Assembly (NCBI RefSeq): GCF_964355755.1
Contig: NC_092671.1
Coordinates: 33,738,304-33,802,303 of the forward strand
Source of the DNA: Antedon mediterranea
Taxonomy: Eukaryota; Animalia; Echinodermata
DNA length: 64,000 nucleotides
Direction: 5' to 3'
Numbering within the stretch: position 1 is the stretch's first letter; the number at the start of each line of letters is the position of its first letter. Positions 39,713-53,000 of this stretch are shown here, piece after piece. The notes beneath the pieces are model-generated. The model had not been told where the DNA came from and ran no database searches. It saw only the letters and a list, made by a program, of their open reading frames with translations. A program made the position numbers and the translations under genes.

Positions 39713-42150
39713 ACTATTGCACGCCATGTGACCCACAATCGTCCAATCAAATGACATGAATTTATTTAGGTGTTATATAAAATATAATTATAGTATAATA
39801 TAATGAATTTTATTGATAATATAATGGCAAATGTTCATAATATAATGCTAAAACCAAATAATATAATACAAAACGTAAATATTTTGTTATACTTTTAACA
39901 TAATATATTAGAATAAGATTCAGTATAATATATTTTGCTACATAAATGTTTATAATATAATATAATATAACCAAGTAATATAATACAAAAAGGTATAAAT
40001 CATTAAAATACAATACATAATATAATAAAAAATGATATAATAATACTCTATTTCGAACACTTCAGACAGCTGAGACTTGCCATAGTTCTTGCAAAAGACG
40101 AGCGAATGAAGCTGATGTATTTTTGTTGTTTATACTGTAGTTAGTTTCCGTTGTTTTAATACTACATCCTTTACCGCCGATAGTAGTCTGGGTTCCAGAC
40201 GGAGTTTTGTCTTAATATTAGTAAAAAGATAAATATATTGGTACATATGGCGTTTCACACGTATACTACTTGATTTTGGATACTCCGTCTGGGAAAACAC
40301 GCACAAGTCACGTGGTTTGACACCAAGAATTCTTGGTGCATACGATTATCCGGTTGACTAGTTTCAGCTGCATGCGATTGGCTACTCACTCGTACACCGT
40401 TTTAATATTCATATTTCAGAATTTCAAAGACTCAACAACTACGATGATGCGCATGCGCTATGTTACGTTTAGACAATGTGTACTTGGGTACATTTATGAA
40501 AGTTTCTGAAGGCTAGAAAATATTTTATATGCCTAGTAGTCTGGTAAACATTTGATGGGATTTTTCCCAAGAACATGAAAACTCGTCTTGATATGATAGG
40601 CTAGCTTCTCCGCAAATCAAACATTGCATGGATCATTTATTACGCGGAGATAATTTTGATTTAATTCCCACCAAGACCCTGTCCTGTTCTGTGTGGTAGT
40701 GTAGCCCTGTTATGTGCCGGTAGTGGTATGTAGGGCTACTTTTTTGGCGTTTTATTTGGCAAGGCATACGTGCGAGTTGAGTAGGACCTACGAAAGAGGC
40801 CTAGGCCATGGACTAAACAATTAATAAACAAAAAAACTTGGCATTGCGATTTTATATTCAACAGTCTCGATCGTACTTTCAGCACTGTACGTACTCGATC
40901 TTTTTCATTTTGAAACAAAATGATCATTGGTTGATTCGAAATCCATATTTACATACCGCCCGCCCCATATAGCCAAATACGGTATGACATCCTACGTCTT
41001 TCTTATCGGATGTTTGCGGTCTGCAAATCGATTTCTATACGTGTTTCACAAGTCTGTATTTTCAGACAAAATCGCGGTCGAAATAAGAAAAAATTAATTT
41101 AAAAAAAAAGAATAATACAGACTTTGGGCAAGTCTACGCCTTTAGTTTTGTTTTTCCCAAATAAACACACCTAATTTACAAAATTTTAAAATTCAAACAC
41201 GATTGCTGTATTTCAATTCCAAATTTTTAAAGTTTACTCATTTATTGAATGAATTGTGAGAGCCATTCAGAACACAGCATTCATAACACAGCATTCATAT
41301 GCGTATTTTAACATTTCTATTCTTTATTATTTTAATTTCAGATGTAGCAAACTTTTGCTTCTATAATATTAATATTTTTTCGAATATTTGAATATTTAAA
41401 GAATGCATATTTTAACTAATACGCACATTTTCTCCAATACATCTTAAAGATCATAGTCTCTCTGATGTGACCCATGCGATCCCAAATTTGTTATGCTTTT
41501 ATTTATTTTTATGCCACTATGGATTTATTGGTGTATTGCTCTTTAACTGGAAACATTGATAATTTGGTAACATTTTGTAGAAAATATTCTGGTCTTTTTT
41601 TACCACAGAAGAAGGAGTGTTGTTACACCTTATTTCCTGTTAGAAACACTGAATGGCAAACCCTCGTGAACTTTGTTAATGCTGTAACAATGTTCTAGTT
41701 TATAGAATTAACATAGTATATAGGATGAAATAATTGAAGAGAATTAGAGTCATACATTTTTAATATATTTAGAATGAAACACGCAAGCAGTCTGTATTGG
41801 TTTTAATTTATTTTTCAACAATGAGAAAACACAACAAAAGCATTAACCTTTATAATTTACGATATATTCACGTTATACCTTGTCTTCAGATACGAATATG
41901 TTAGTGACAGTGATAACTTGTAAAAGTATATATTTAGACTTGTATCTCATTGACTTGCAATAATCAGTTAATATATATCTAGTGACAGCTGCAGACTCCG
42001 ATTCCAATTATTGAATATTATTTAACGCATACATCAAGAAGTTAACACTAAAATAATACAATAATATTATAGAAGAAGAAGAATTATTAAGTGCCTTGTT
42101 TCGGTAGTTAATTCATGTGAAGTGTGTGAAGTAAGGGCTATGACGTACTA

Positions 42151-42233
42151 CTATTGACAGCAACCATTAACACATCTTCTACCATGACAACCGGCTTCTG
42201 AATTGCAGGCGTGACAGATGATAGTATCCGGTG
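42151..42233 (-). CDS. Gene A terminal exon: (P)PDTIICHACNSEAGCHGRRCVNGCCQ*
   Basis: Six Cys in 27 codons ending in TAG TAG, with AATAAA on the minus strand at 41807-41812. The acceptor reads ttatgttttgtAC rather than AG; an alternative canonical AG at 42198-42199 keeps the same frame. Confidence 0.6.
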
Positions 42234-42348
42234 GTACAAAACATAAACATTATTAATACGTTATCTATGATATATCATGGAATTATAATAGATGGGTGTG
42301 GAGTAAAGGTGTGTTATACCATTATCGCCAATATATGAAATCACTCAC

Positions 42349-42367
42349 GTAAAATACAACACACATA
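42349..42367 (-). CDS. Gene A micro-exon (19 nt, phase 0-1): YVCCIL
   Basis: Flanked by tactacAG and GTgagt. The phases match both neighbouring exons. Confidence 0.55.
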
Positions 42368-42686
42368 CTGTAGTACGTTACAAATATAATTATTTGTAAT
42401 TATCAACATTATTATGTCACAGACGATATATAAAAAAAAGGAAGGAAAGAGAGTAAGATCAACATAATAAATAAAAGGAGAAATTAAACAATTCTGTATT
42501 AAAGGTTGTGTAATGAGTTCGATTCAGTCCGTCAATGTAAATATGAAAATTCCAAAAAAGTGGCACATTTGTCATTGTTTTTTATCCACTTAGTTATACG
42601 GAATCATTAAGTGTATAATATTAATCATAATCAGCTTATAATCAAGAATTTCCTCATAATAATTTAATACTACCCGTTGTTCTTAC

Positions 42687-42713
42687 CTTGATCTCTAGAT
42701 GATTATTCGAAGT
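42687..42713 (-). CDS. Gene A micro-exon (27 nt, phase 0-0): TSNNHLEIK
   Basis: Flanked by a poly-T tract plus AG and AAG|GTaaga. Only phase 0 is open. Confidence 0.62.
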
Positions 42714-43321
42714 CTAAAAAAAAAACGCCCATACAATTTTACATTTATTTTTCGTATACATTTTCATTTATATATTAGAAGATAATAATGAATAACAACT
42801 TTCAAATATAAAGTATAGTATATAGGTCTTGCAGAGTAAACTATAGCCATTATCGGACCGAGTTTTTTTATTCTAGCTACCCGGCAAAACTTCTGGTCTA
42901 AATAGCCACATGTCCAGTGCGAGCTACTCGAGGAAGAAGATGCAATTTGTGCCGAACAAGTTAGTATAGAAATGTTTCTCATTGAATAACAAAATACATC
43001 CCATTGACTATGTCGTTTGCAATCCTCGCATCATGCAATAATTGATTTAATCTTGGCCTAGGTCGTCTTAGGCCACTTTTTTGTAGATAAACTATAAACT
43101 TTCGGTTCTGACAAGCAATAGAGCGTGATGGGAGGTATTATTTCTGTACAGAATATACATATAAAACGCAGCATTCACTTTTAGTTAAGGAATTTAATGG
43201 CAACATATTTATATAAAAGTTTTATATGGATTTAGAATTGTCAAACAATCATTCAGTAATGTATTACTGCACATAACTGACTATTACTATCAATGTATAA
43301 TACCCGATTTCTTGACTTTAC

Positions 43322-43338
43322 TGTAACTTGTCCGAAAA
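43322..43338 (-). CDS. Gene A micro-exon (17 nt, phase 1-0): (I)FGQVT; may extend to 43304 (adding VKSRNR)
   Basis: Very strong T/C-rich acceptor ending in tttcAG. Both possible donors (GTaaag, GTatta) give phase 0. Confidence 0.58.
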
Positions 43339-43679
43339 CTGAAAAAAAAGAAAGAAAAACAAAGTTAAATTATTTTGATTGTAAACTATTTCCCATCTTT
43401 TTCGACTTCCAAATTGACGTTTCAGAAACATTTATGTATTGGCTTTGTTGTATTATATTACACATTTTATGTAAATACGGTGACGTGGTTTTTTAAAATG
43501 GCAACACGTAACTAAGCCGATGATCCAAATTGTTATTACCACCAATATTCTATGTCCTAGACGGATATTTTGGTAAACATTGCGTATAATATCTATACGG
43601 GAATATTTCTCGTTACAACAAAATAATAAATATGTTCGGAACTCTAAAAACGTTAAAAAACATCAATAACTACAGATAG

Positions 43680-43994
43680 GGCCGTGTTTCCTAAGCCAAA
43701 AATTAACCGATAATTAACCGATACAAATTAACTGATAATTAACCGATAACATTCTTGTGAAAACGGGGTTAACCTATTCCGCTAGAGAAAAATTAACCGA
43801 TAAAATTTCATTCAAACCAGATAATAATTGGATAATATGTGTTAACCTTTGACCTGAAGGACAAATTGTAGCGTTGTGATTGGTCACTTGGCTATAGTAA
43901 TGTTTGATCATGCGCACTTTATTTATTTTAATTAATATCTGATTGGTTACAAAATTAACCGATCACTTTGTTATGACTAGGGAGAAACACGGCC
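43680..43994. mobile_element. Small MITE (Harbinger-like) in a gene A intron
   Basis: TIR GGCCGTGTTTC / GAAACACGGCC, TAG/TAA flanks, and internal AATTAACCGAT repeats. Confidence 0.65.
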
Positions 43995-44023
43995 TAAGAT
44001 TAGTGGAAAATCTGACAACGTAC

Positions 44024-44096
44024 TATGGTCGGTATCCGCATATACATAAATTAGTACTATAGCGACAACAAGGAGAACAGCAATTATAATCTTCAT
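44024..44096 (-). CDS. Gene A first coding exon, signal peptide MKIIIAVLLVVAIVLIYVYA-DTDH
   Basis: Acceptor ttttgtttcttttAG|aaacATG and donor A|GTacgt (phase 1). Classic signal peptide with a V-Y-A cleavage motif. Confidence 0.75.
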
Positions 44097-44419
44097 GTTT
44101 CTAAAAGAAACAAAAAAAGTTTTACTTTTGTATGAACAAGTACATAAATAAAATAATGATGGACAGTAATCTACTGTAGAGTCGAGTTGAGTATTATACA
44201 AGTAATGAATGTTTGTGTGTGTAATGGTACAAAATAATGGCATTCGGTGAATGATGAAAGGTTATATATCAATTCGTCCTTGCCTCGTTGATATATAACT
44301 TTTCATCATTCACCAAATGCCATTATTTGTACCATTAAACGAATATAAAACATTCATTATTTGTTTTATATAACATCTAAATAGATTCCTGTCATTTTAA
44401 TTAAATAAAAGGTAGGCCT

Positions 44420-45560
44420 AGCAACTTTTATTTTAAGTAATTTAACATATGTTATAAATACTTCATTCACTACAGGTATTGTACCTACCCAATTAAAAAT
44501 CGCAAAAGTTGTTCCAGTTTTTAAAAAGGGAAACCCTATCAATAATTATATACCTATTTACATTTTTCGAAAACAATAAACTTTTGTTAAGCTCATTTCT
44601 TGACTTATCTAAAGGAAGCGTTTGATGTGATGAATTATTTAATATTACTAGATACGGTCTCATACTATGGCATTAGAGGTATAGTATTGCACTTGAATGG
44701 TTTAAGAGTTATCTTAGTGACCGCAACAATGTGTACATGTCAATGAATTGTTCATCATTTCAATAATTGTGGAGTGCAATATGTGAAATATTATTCCTGG
44801 GTGTTTTTATACATGAACATCTAAATTGGACAGGTCATCAACATTATATAGCAAATACGATTTCCAATAGTATTGGTGTAACTTTTTTCCCCTCACAATA
44901 GTGTAATACAACTTTATAACACACTTGTACTCCCCCATTTACCATATTGTAACCTTATTTGAGCAGATGATTATCCATCCCATCTTGATCAACTATTAAA
45001 GTTGCAAACACGTGTAATTAGAATTATGCATTTAGATCCATTTGATTTTCATTCTGAACTATTATTTACGAAATCAAATTTCTTAAAATCACTTATTTTC
45101 ATAACATTCAAATCTCTATTGTTATGTTTAAACTTATAAAGGGCTCACTACCCAAACCTATTCTTGAATTATTTTGTACAGCTACTGTCATTAACAAATA
45201 TAATTTTTGAAATCCACGTACCACTTGTTAGATTGATCAAATCTAAATACTGTATAACCTTCTGTGGACCAACTCTGTGGAATGATTTAGATGATATACT
45301 TACTGATTGTAAAACATTAACAATGTTGAGGAAATGTATAAAATATTTTTATATGTCAAATTTTTATTTGCATGAGTAAAGATAATTAATGTTCTCTGCT
45401 CACTCTCTCTACTTACTTATATAATTTGAAGTTAAAATATTTCGTTTACCTTTTTCCTTATTAAACTAATTCTAATATTGTTTTGTGAGGGGTCTGATTG
45501 AAACAAGTTTATTACTTCTAAACCAGGGAAATTATTATGTTAAAATGTATGTTAAATAAA
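44420..45560 (+). mobile_element. Heavily decayed CR1/L2-group LINE related to 1-1589
   Basis: Translated relics SFTTGIVPTQLKIAKVVPVFKKG, YGIRG and GPTLWN, with many deletions. Confidence 0.8.
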
Positions 45561-45670
45561 ATATATATATATTTATATAATATAAACAATATTTTTTTCA
45601 GATTACGCCATTATTAGTTGGCCTAAGATCAGTAATATCGTCCGGGCCTTAAGAAAATTGTGATACTTAC

Positions 45671-45710
45671 CGTGTGTTCGAGCCAACGAATTCAGTGGAA
45701 TGAAGCTTAG
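45671..45710 (-). other. Candidate non-coding first exon of gene A (5' boundary uncertain)
   Basis: Consensus donor ACG|GTaagta at 45670. The signal exon begins with an acceptor, so an upstream UTR exon is required. Confidence 0.4.
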
Positions 45711-46531
45711 TATGTTTAGGAAACAGTATAATTGTGTGTATATTTCAGATAGGAAGAGTTTTTTTTATTATACAAACCTAATTTCCGAAAAAATTTGCCA
45801 AGCCTTTATGCAGCTGCACTTTTAAAATTTCCATCATAGTTTATGAAATACTGTAACCTTTGTCATCATATTATAGCCTACGTATTATAATTAAATAAAG
45901 AAAATGATGAAAACGATTCGAATCTTGTGATAAACCAAAAATATTCGAATCAATGGGAATTCAAAAAGGATTCTCGAATTTTGACCACATGATAGAAAAG
46001 TTATAGACGGAGGACACTATGATGCATAACTTTATCAGAATCAGAAAACACTGCACGAGCTATAGAATCATTTACTAGAACATTATATAGAACTTGTACC
46101 ATAGCACAATTATTGAACGACACGTGGTACAAACTTAATCAATTACATTATAAAGATACACGTCACTGTGTTATGGTCATGTAATACATAAGATGATGGT
46201 AACTTAATGTACGCTAATAGTCAGCTAAATGTTTAAACAAACATGTTTGAACTGTGTTCGCCTATCTCATAATTAAACATAATGTGTATGTAGATGATGA
46301 CGTATTACGTTGATTGCTATTTGTTATTAGTAATTAGACTGTTCCCTTAAAATTAATGATCCACTGTGGTTTGTTGAGCCTAATGCCAATATTAAATCAT
46401 GTAAGTCATGTCGGCCTATATTTTGCAGAAGTCATTAGAAAAAAATATACACACCTAATTTTCGAATAATATTTATGATGAAGTGCTTAAAAGTTTAAAT
46501 AAGATTTGTAAAAGAGCATAAATATAATATT

Positions 46532-47345
46532 TGCCCACAGATGGTTCTCGAATACACAGTTATTTCAGCGTAAAAACAAAAATGTTTTGTTTTTAATGTA
46601 CGTATGCCTACCGCAGGAGTGTACTATAATAGTTATTGTCGTTTGCAAAAACGAATAAATACACACGATGATTTGTGTAGTCAACTAAAATTAGCACCAT
46701 GCGAATTACTTCCGAAAGTTGTCACAAAATCAGAGTCAACATTTTTTATTTGGACTCATTTAAACAAACCAAATTTGTGTTTTGTGTTTAACATTAGGGT
46801 TGAGGGATAGCGAAGTGGATATTGGTACAAAGAAGAACAATTTTTAAATATATTTTTTATCTACTCAGTAACGAATCTTGTTCATGTTTTATAGGCCTAT
46901 AATTAATATACCACTTGATACAGTAACACATTTGCGATATAATACTAATGTATATAATATAAATAATGTTAAAACTGTCACTGTCATAGTAGATTGAAAT
47001 AGCATAGTACATGTAACGATACACCATCACAACGTTTATATCTTTGTAATTAATAATTAATGCAAACGTTGAGAAGCACCTGTTAGTAATACATTTTATT
47101 TGTATATTGTGCGTTTATATCTAACAGTAGGGCCTACTCACACGCACAGTAATACGTTTATGTATACATGTGTGTTATAGCTAACAGTAGCCTACCGAAC
47201 AATTTCGATTAAAATGGCGACCAAAAATGGTTAATACGTATTTATACAGTAATGTCCAAGTATTTATATAAAAATCTATATAGATTTTAGGTTAATTCTC
47301 CAAGGGCCAATACATTTACCTACAGCTGGTACTGGTACTTGTGTT
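46532..47345 (-). mobile_element. Older partial Helitron copy of the same family
   Basis: Reverse complement of ...tattcgagaaccatctgtgggca and internal segments of 25588-26785. Confidence 0.8.
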
Positions 47346-47699
47346 AAATGAAATAGTTATATTCACTCGATTCTGTAGCTGTTAGTACACTCAACGTGGA
47401 AGACTGAAGGACAGTCTACCAGAGACCTATCTGACTGTATTAAGACTTTTAATACACGATATCGCTGTCATTAGGTTCCTATCTGGAGACAATTTGTAAC
47501 GTTATAGACTATATTCAATATAAAATCCACTCGGCAACCAGAATAGTAGCAGGTTATGGTATTGCCATGCAAGAAAGGCCTAGCCTAGTCAATTATTGTA
47601 CGAATTACGTAATTAGTTTAGTAGCTCATCTACCTTTTTAGTAGGGCATAATGAATATCGTAGCTAGGCTAGGCCTACTAGCGTGAAATCAACCAATTA

Positions 47700-48405
47700 T
47701 TTGGGTGGTATGAGGGGGTGGGTAGGAAGTTTAGTACGAGTTGGCATGGGTACGAGTCGACCAGGGTACACCCACTAGCCCTGCTAGAGCATAGGCTATA
47801 GTCCTGCGAGAATGGGAAATCTGGTCTAGATAGGCATAGGCCTACCTTAGGTACTCCGCAAAAAAGCTATCCTATGAGCATAAACAGGCCTCGTAGTAGA
47901 GCCAAAGGTGTTAGCCCACTACTACGGATCACTAATTAATCTATCTAGGGCTAGCTAGCCTAGCTAGGCCTATAGAGTTAATTTTAAATTAAGTGGGCCT
48001 GGCTGGTTGATTGGTTGCTCTAGTTAGGCATGGGCTTCAATAATTTCGGTCGCATTTTTGGCCTACTTTTAAGGACATGTGAGAGGTGAGGTAGGTTAGC
48101 CCAGATAGGCTAACCTAACCTGTAAGTAGTATTCTAGCCCATCCATGATGCCGGATGGGTACGAGTTGGCAGCCATTGGTACGGGTTGACCCGTATTCTA
48201 GCTAGGGTGTGCTGGTCAACCCGTAGTTAAACCAACCCGTATGTAATATAAATATACTTTTAATAGCATTAAACATGGGTACAGGCCAGCCCGTGATGAG
48301 TACGAGCCAGCCCATGATGTGCAAGAGTGGGCCAACATTTTGGGTATGAGTAAACCAAAATTTGGGTACGTTGTTGGCATGGGTACGTGTTGACCTGTAT
48401 CCTTC
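47700..48405. repeat. Cluster of GGGTACG(A/G)GTTG-type motifs in both orientations, probably a decayed DNA-element end
   Basis: The motif recurs at about 47735, 47748, 48157, 48178, 48364 and 48381. Confidence 0.4.
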
Positions 48406-48742
48406 TAGCTAATCTTACTAGGCCTAGAGTAGAATAGGTCTATGCTATACCCAGACCGGTTACAATAATGTGTCTATTCATTCTGTTTATACTGTAGCTT
48501 TATTGATCGCTGGGTTGGGGCGGCTTTTTCTCATTCTAAAACAAGATTTCCTTATCATAATAAAATAATATATGAATTTAAATGTAATATTGTATTTGTA
48601 TACATAATTATATTAGTACTTGCCATTGCATTTATTATAACTATATATTATACGGTTACCCCTTAATTATACTATAGTATAATTTCCTTGTTATATTTTA
48701 CAATATTTTCTTCATAGTTCAACAATTTTTTATGTATGTCTA

Positions 48743-50093
48743 ACTTCAGGAATGATCTGAGGCTAGAAGAACAAATTTCTGTACATATAATTTATATAAA
48801 AAATAAGCCAATGTTTTCCTAATAACTTAACCCCTAGGTTGATAACTAACAAAGAAATTATTGAAATTGTGTTCTTACAATATAGGTGTAATGTATCTAC
48901 ATATGCATGCTGCTGTACTTGTTTTTAACCGCATAATGGCATTGAAAACAAGAATGTTTTATAATTATTATAGGTTATTTCCAAATATTAAAGGTCTGAT
49001 ATCTAACAGAAACTAAATGTTACCAAACTATGTTTTTGAAAATATTTATGATATAATAATTATAATAATATGAACATAATATTAAATTATATTGACTATT
49101 TTTGATAATCATCGTGTCCTTATAAATTCATTTATATTTATTTTGTGGTAATATAGTTCATATATTATGTATTAAATAAATTGGTAAGGCCCTATACTGT
49201 TTATATTTAAGGGAAGTTTATATACACTTTTATTTTATGCCTACCAATATTAGTATTAATTGTTTATGTAACTATTTTTTCTAATTGCATTGGATTTTTG
49301 TATAGGCCAATGGCATTAATGTTTTTCTCAAAGCAAATTAGCCTAATAATGCCATATTTAGACACATAATTCATTGATTTCTGATATTCTGTACTTGTGT
49401 ATGCATTACTAAAATAGTAGTTATTTTATTACTTTTATAATGTATGTATAAACATTTATTCATTTTTTTTTTTACATTTTTTAATTTAAAAATTATTAAA
49501 ATACCTATCTACCTTTCTGTTATTGTTACTATTATAATATATTTTGAGGCAGATTGATTTCAATAAAAAAAATTTAAATCAATTAATTTGACTTATACTG
49601 TACTATGTTAGTTCAGGAGATGAAGTGTGTGTGGGCAGAATCTGGTGTGTTGGAAGTTGGTGATGCGAGGTGTATTTTTGTCATTTGAAGTCCTAATTTA
49701 GAAGTTTTCTGAAGAAAAGAAGTAAGAGGATAGGCTTTCAAACAACTTCAAGAAGATTCACACAGAAATAATTACTTCCCAATAAAATAGTATGTAACAG
49801 TGTATAACAGTAAATTGAATAAACTCGAGCGGAAAAATAACACACATAAAAAAACATTCATTTTCTTGTCGAAAAGCGCCTTCTCTAGTTTTATATTAAT
49901 TTATTATAATAATATTATTATTTAGTATGCATTTGTAGATACAGTACACCTATATTGTAAGAACACAATTTCAATAATTTCTTTGTTAGTCATCAACCCA
50001 GGGGTTAAGTTATCAGGAAAACATTGGTTTATTTTTTATATAAATTATATGTACAGAAATTCGTTCTTCTAGCCTCAGATCATTCCTGAAGTA
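48743..50093. repeat. Inverted repeat of about 165 bp (48743-48908 vs 49927-50093) around an AT-rich spacer
   Basis: acttcaggaatgatctgaggctagaagaac... is present as a reverse complement with few mismatches. Confidence 0.85.
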
Positions 50094-53000
50094 ATGGATA
50101 TTAGATGAAGTACAGTACAAACTTGTTTCAGGAGGATACTTTATGTTAAAAGGTGATATAATAAATGTACTCATGTAGAACACAGTCAGTTCTACCAAGG
50201 TTAGAGGTGTGCCACAATTTGAGCTAAGTGGAAACATGACTTTTTCAATAGTAAACTCATTACCAGCATTATATATACAATTTTAAAAAGATGAGAATGC
50301 AAGTAAATATTAGATTCATAGTCCTCATTATGCACAATGATTATCTACTATCACATATTAAAATATAAAACAATCTTATAGCCTTAAATGAATTTACATG
50401 GAGGTCTATCCAAATAAATTTAAATAAAAGGGTCGTAATATGTCTTTGTCACTCTCCAGCTCGTGGAAAATGAAGTTAGGATTTCATCATTTCAACAACA
50501 ACAAATATTCAAAATATCCTGCCAGTTTGCGTACAAGAATATAACCTGCTTAGTTTTTAATACGAGTACTGCTTTCTATACACATAACTTTGATTTCTGC
50601 AACAACAAAAAATCTCTGTAATAATGTACTTTAATTACGGTAATAATCTAGGCGTAGGTTATTGTAATATAACGATATACTTTTATATTTAAGAAATTGA
50701 CCTTTGTATCAGAATTCAAATAGGTTCACAAACTTGACCCAGAAAGTCTAGAGGAGAGTTTGTCCAGATGTTTTAATGACCATTTAGTTTATAATAGAAT
50801 CCCTAAAGAAAACACTTAGCTTAACTTTGTGACTGTTCCCATCGTAAAACAATTAGATATTGACAGTTTTAAGCAGAGATTCGACAGGGCCAATTCATCA
50901 TTGTAACCTCCCCAGATAAGATCAATCATTCCCACTTAAACACCCCTGGATCAACTTAGGACCAATCATTAGCTCCATAAATGATGTAATGACATTATGC
51001 AAATGAACTGAGCCAATATACTCCCAAGTTTCAGAAGAGCCCAGACACACCTCACAGCCACTTCTTCAGAAGAACATCTACACCTCACAGCCACTTCTTC
51101 AGAAGAACATCTACACCTTACAGCCACTTCTCCAGAAGCAGACCTACACACTTCACACCTCACCGACAGCATCACTGATCCTCTGTATCCTTATCCTAAT
51201 GGTATATTGTACCGAATCATTATTGTACTGAAGTATTATACTGAATAAACAATATATGTGTTACGACAGTCAAGCGAGTAAGAGTCTTCATTAGTACCTC
51301 AACACAACATTATATTACATGGTGGAAGACCCAAATTTCATAAGGAACAGAGTGAGAAAACAGAATAACAAGACAACAAGAAATAAACACTTAACAAGAC
51401 ACGAAAACGAAGACAAAAATAACCATATTTGTTTGAAAGGAGAAAACCAGAAATTTACTTTTACACAAAAGACAAAGAAGATAATCGAGGAAGACACAAA
51501 AGACAAGCTGAAATTATATTTATCGAGACAAGCTAAAATTAAATTTGAATGAGATCGAGACAAGCTGAAATTATATTTGAATGAGATCGAGACAAGCAGA
51601 AATTTTATGAAATTATAACCATTGGATAAAGACAAAGAAGATAATCGAGGAAGACCCAAGAAGAATCAAAACAGAAGCAAGCGGACAAGAACTGTTTCGT
51701 TTGGACACTTTCAACTTCACGCCGTTTTTTTTTCGATCGTTTTTTTAACATTTACCTTTTTGACCATTTTGAACATTGATGAGCACTTTAACATTTCTTT
51801 AATTCGTTGTTTGAAAATTTGAACATTGATGAGCACTTTTAACATTTCTTTAATTCGTTGTTTCAACATTTAAACATTTTTGAACACTTTTTGCATTCCT
51901 TTAATTCATTTTTAATTGGATCCGAAGCATTTGGGGTAAGTCAAAACCATTTTGATTTTTGATTTGTAACCTTGATTGAAAAAGTGAGAGTTTACATATA
52001 TATACACTAAATTGTTTTTGATATTTTGATTAATTAATATTATAAAGTATGGTCGACGTTGTTGATAACGAAGTAATTTTAAATGAGCCCGACAATCCTC
52101 ACCCCGTGCCCCACCTAAGACAAACCGATTTCCTTCCCAAAAGATATGACGGTTCCATAACCGATCACGACCAATGTAGTGCACACTACTTATCGTTTAC
52201 CGACTACCTTGAGGCCCACACTTTAGAAAACCCTGTAAACAATGCCTAATTAATTAATGTAATAAGTATTTTCAAACGTAGCCTTCAGGGCCAAGCTAGA
52301 CTCTGGATTGAGGGAAAGCAGTTCGATTCACTGGAATCCTTAAAAACCCAATTCACCAACATGTTTAGTAAAAACAAATCAATCTATGCGCACAAAAGAG
52401 AATACGATTCAATTACTTACACCACTGGCGACAACGCCGAAAAACACTTAACCAAAATCAAACAAGCCGCAGACAGAATTGGATACGCTGACCAGCAGAT
52501 AAAGAATAAATTTATTTCGACCCTTCCACCAAAATGTAGAGCAGCTGTAGCCATGTCCACCCCAATCGATGCCACTATTGACACTATCGTAAATAGCACA
52601 CAAAATTACCTTGACCTTTCCGTAGATGATGCCACACGGGAAGTTTCATTCAACGTCAATAAGGAAACAGATAATAGTCTCGAATCGCTCCAACATGAGA
52701 TCAATTCTCTTAAGTTAGATATAGCCACAACAAAACGATCCCTTAATGATGATACTCGACGCTCACGTTCCCCCACCCGAAATTATTGTCATGGATCAGT
52801 TGTTGTTCGTGTGCGTTCTGCGTATTTGCATATAAGTGTCTTGCTGCTAGTTGTTTTGCGAGCATTGTGTTTGGCGCATTTGCATATAGGTGATGTTTTG
52901 GTTAACTACCTGGTTTTTCTGTCTGCGCGTCAGAAAAGCTTTTGTTGCAAACACAGGAAGATGTGATTTTTGTTACCGTGTTGTATATATATATTATTAA

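Noticed and set aside
50013-50237. 74-aa minus-strand ORF
   Set aside because: It partly overlaps an inverted-repeat arm, has no motifs, and the neighbouring frames are closed.
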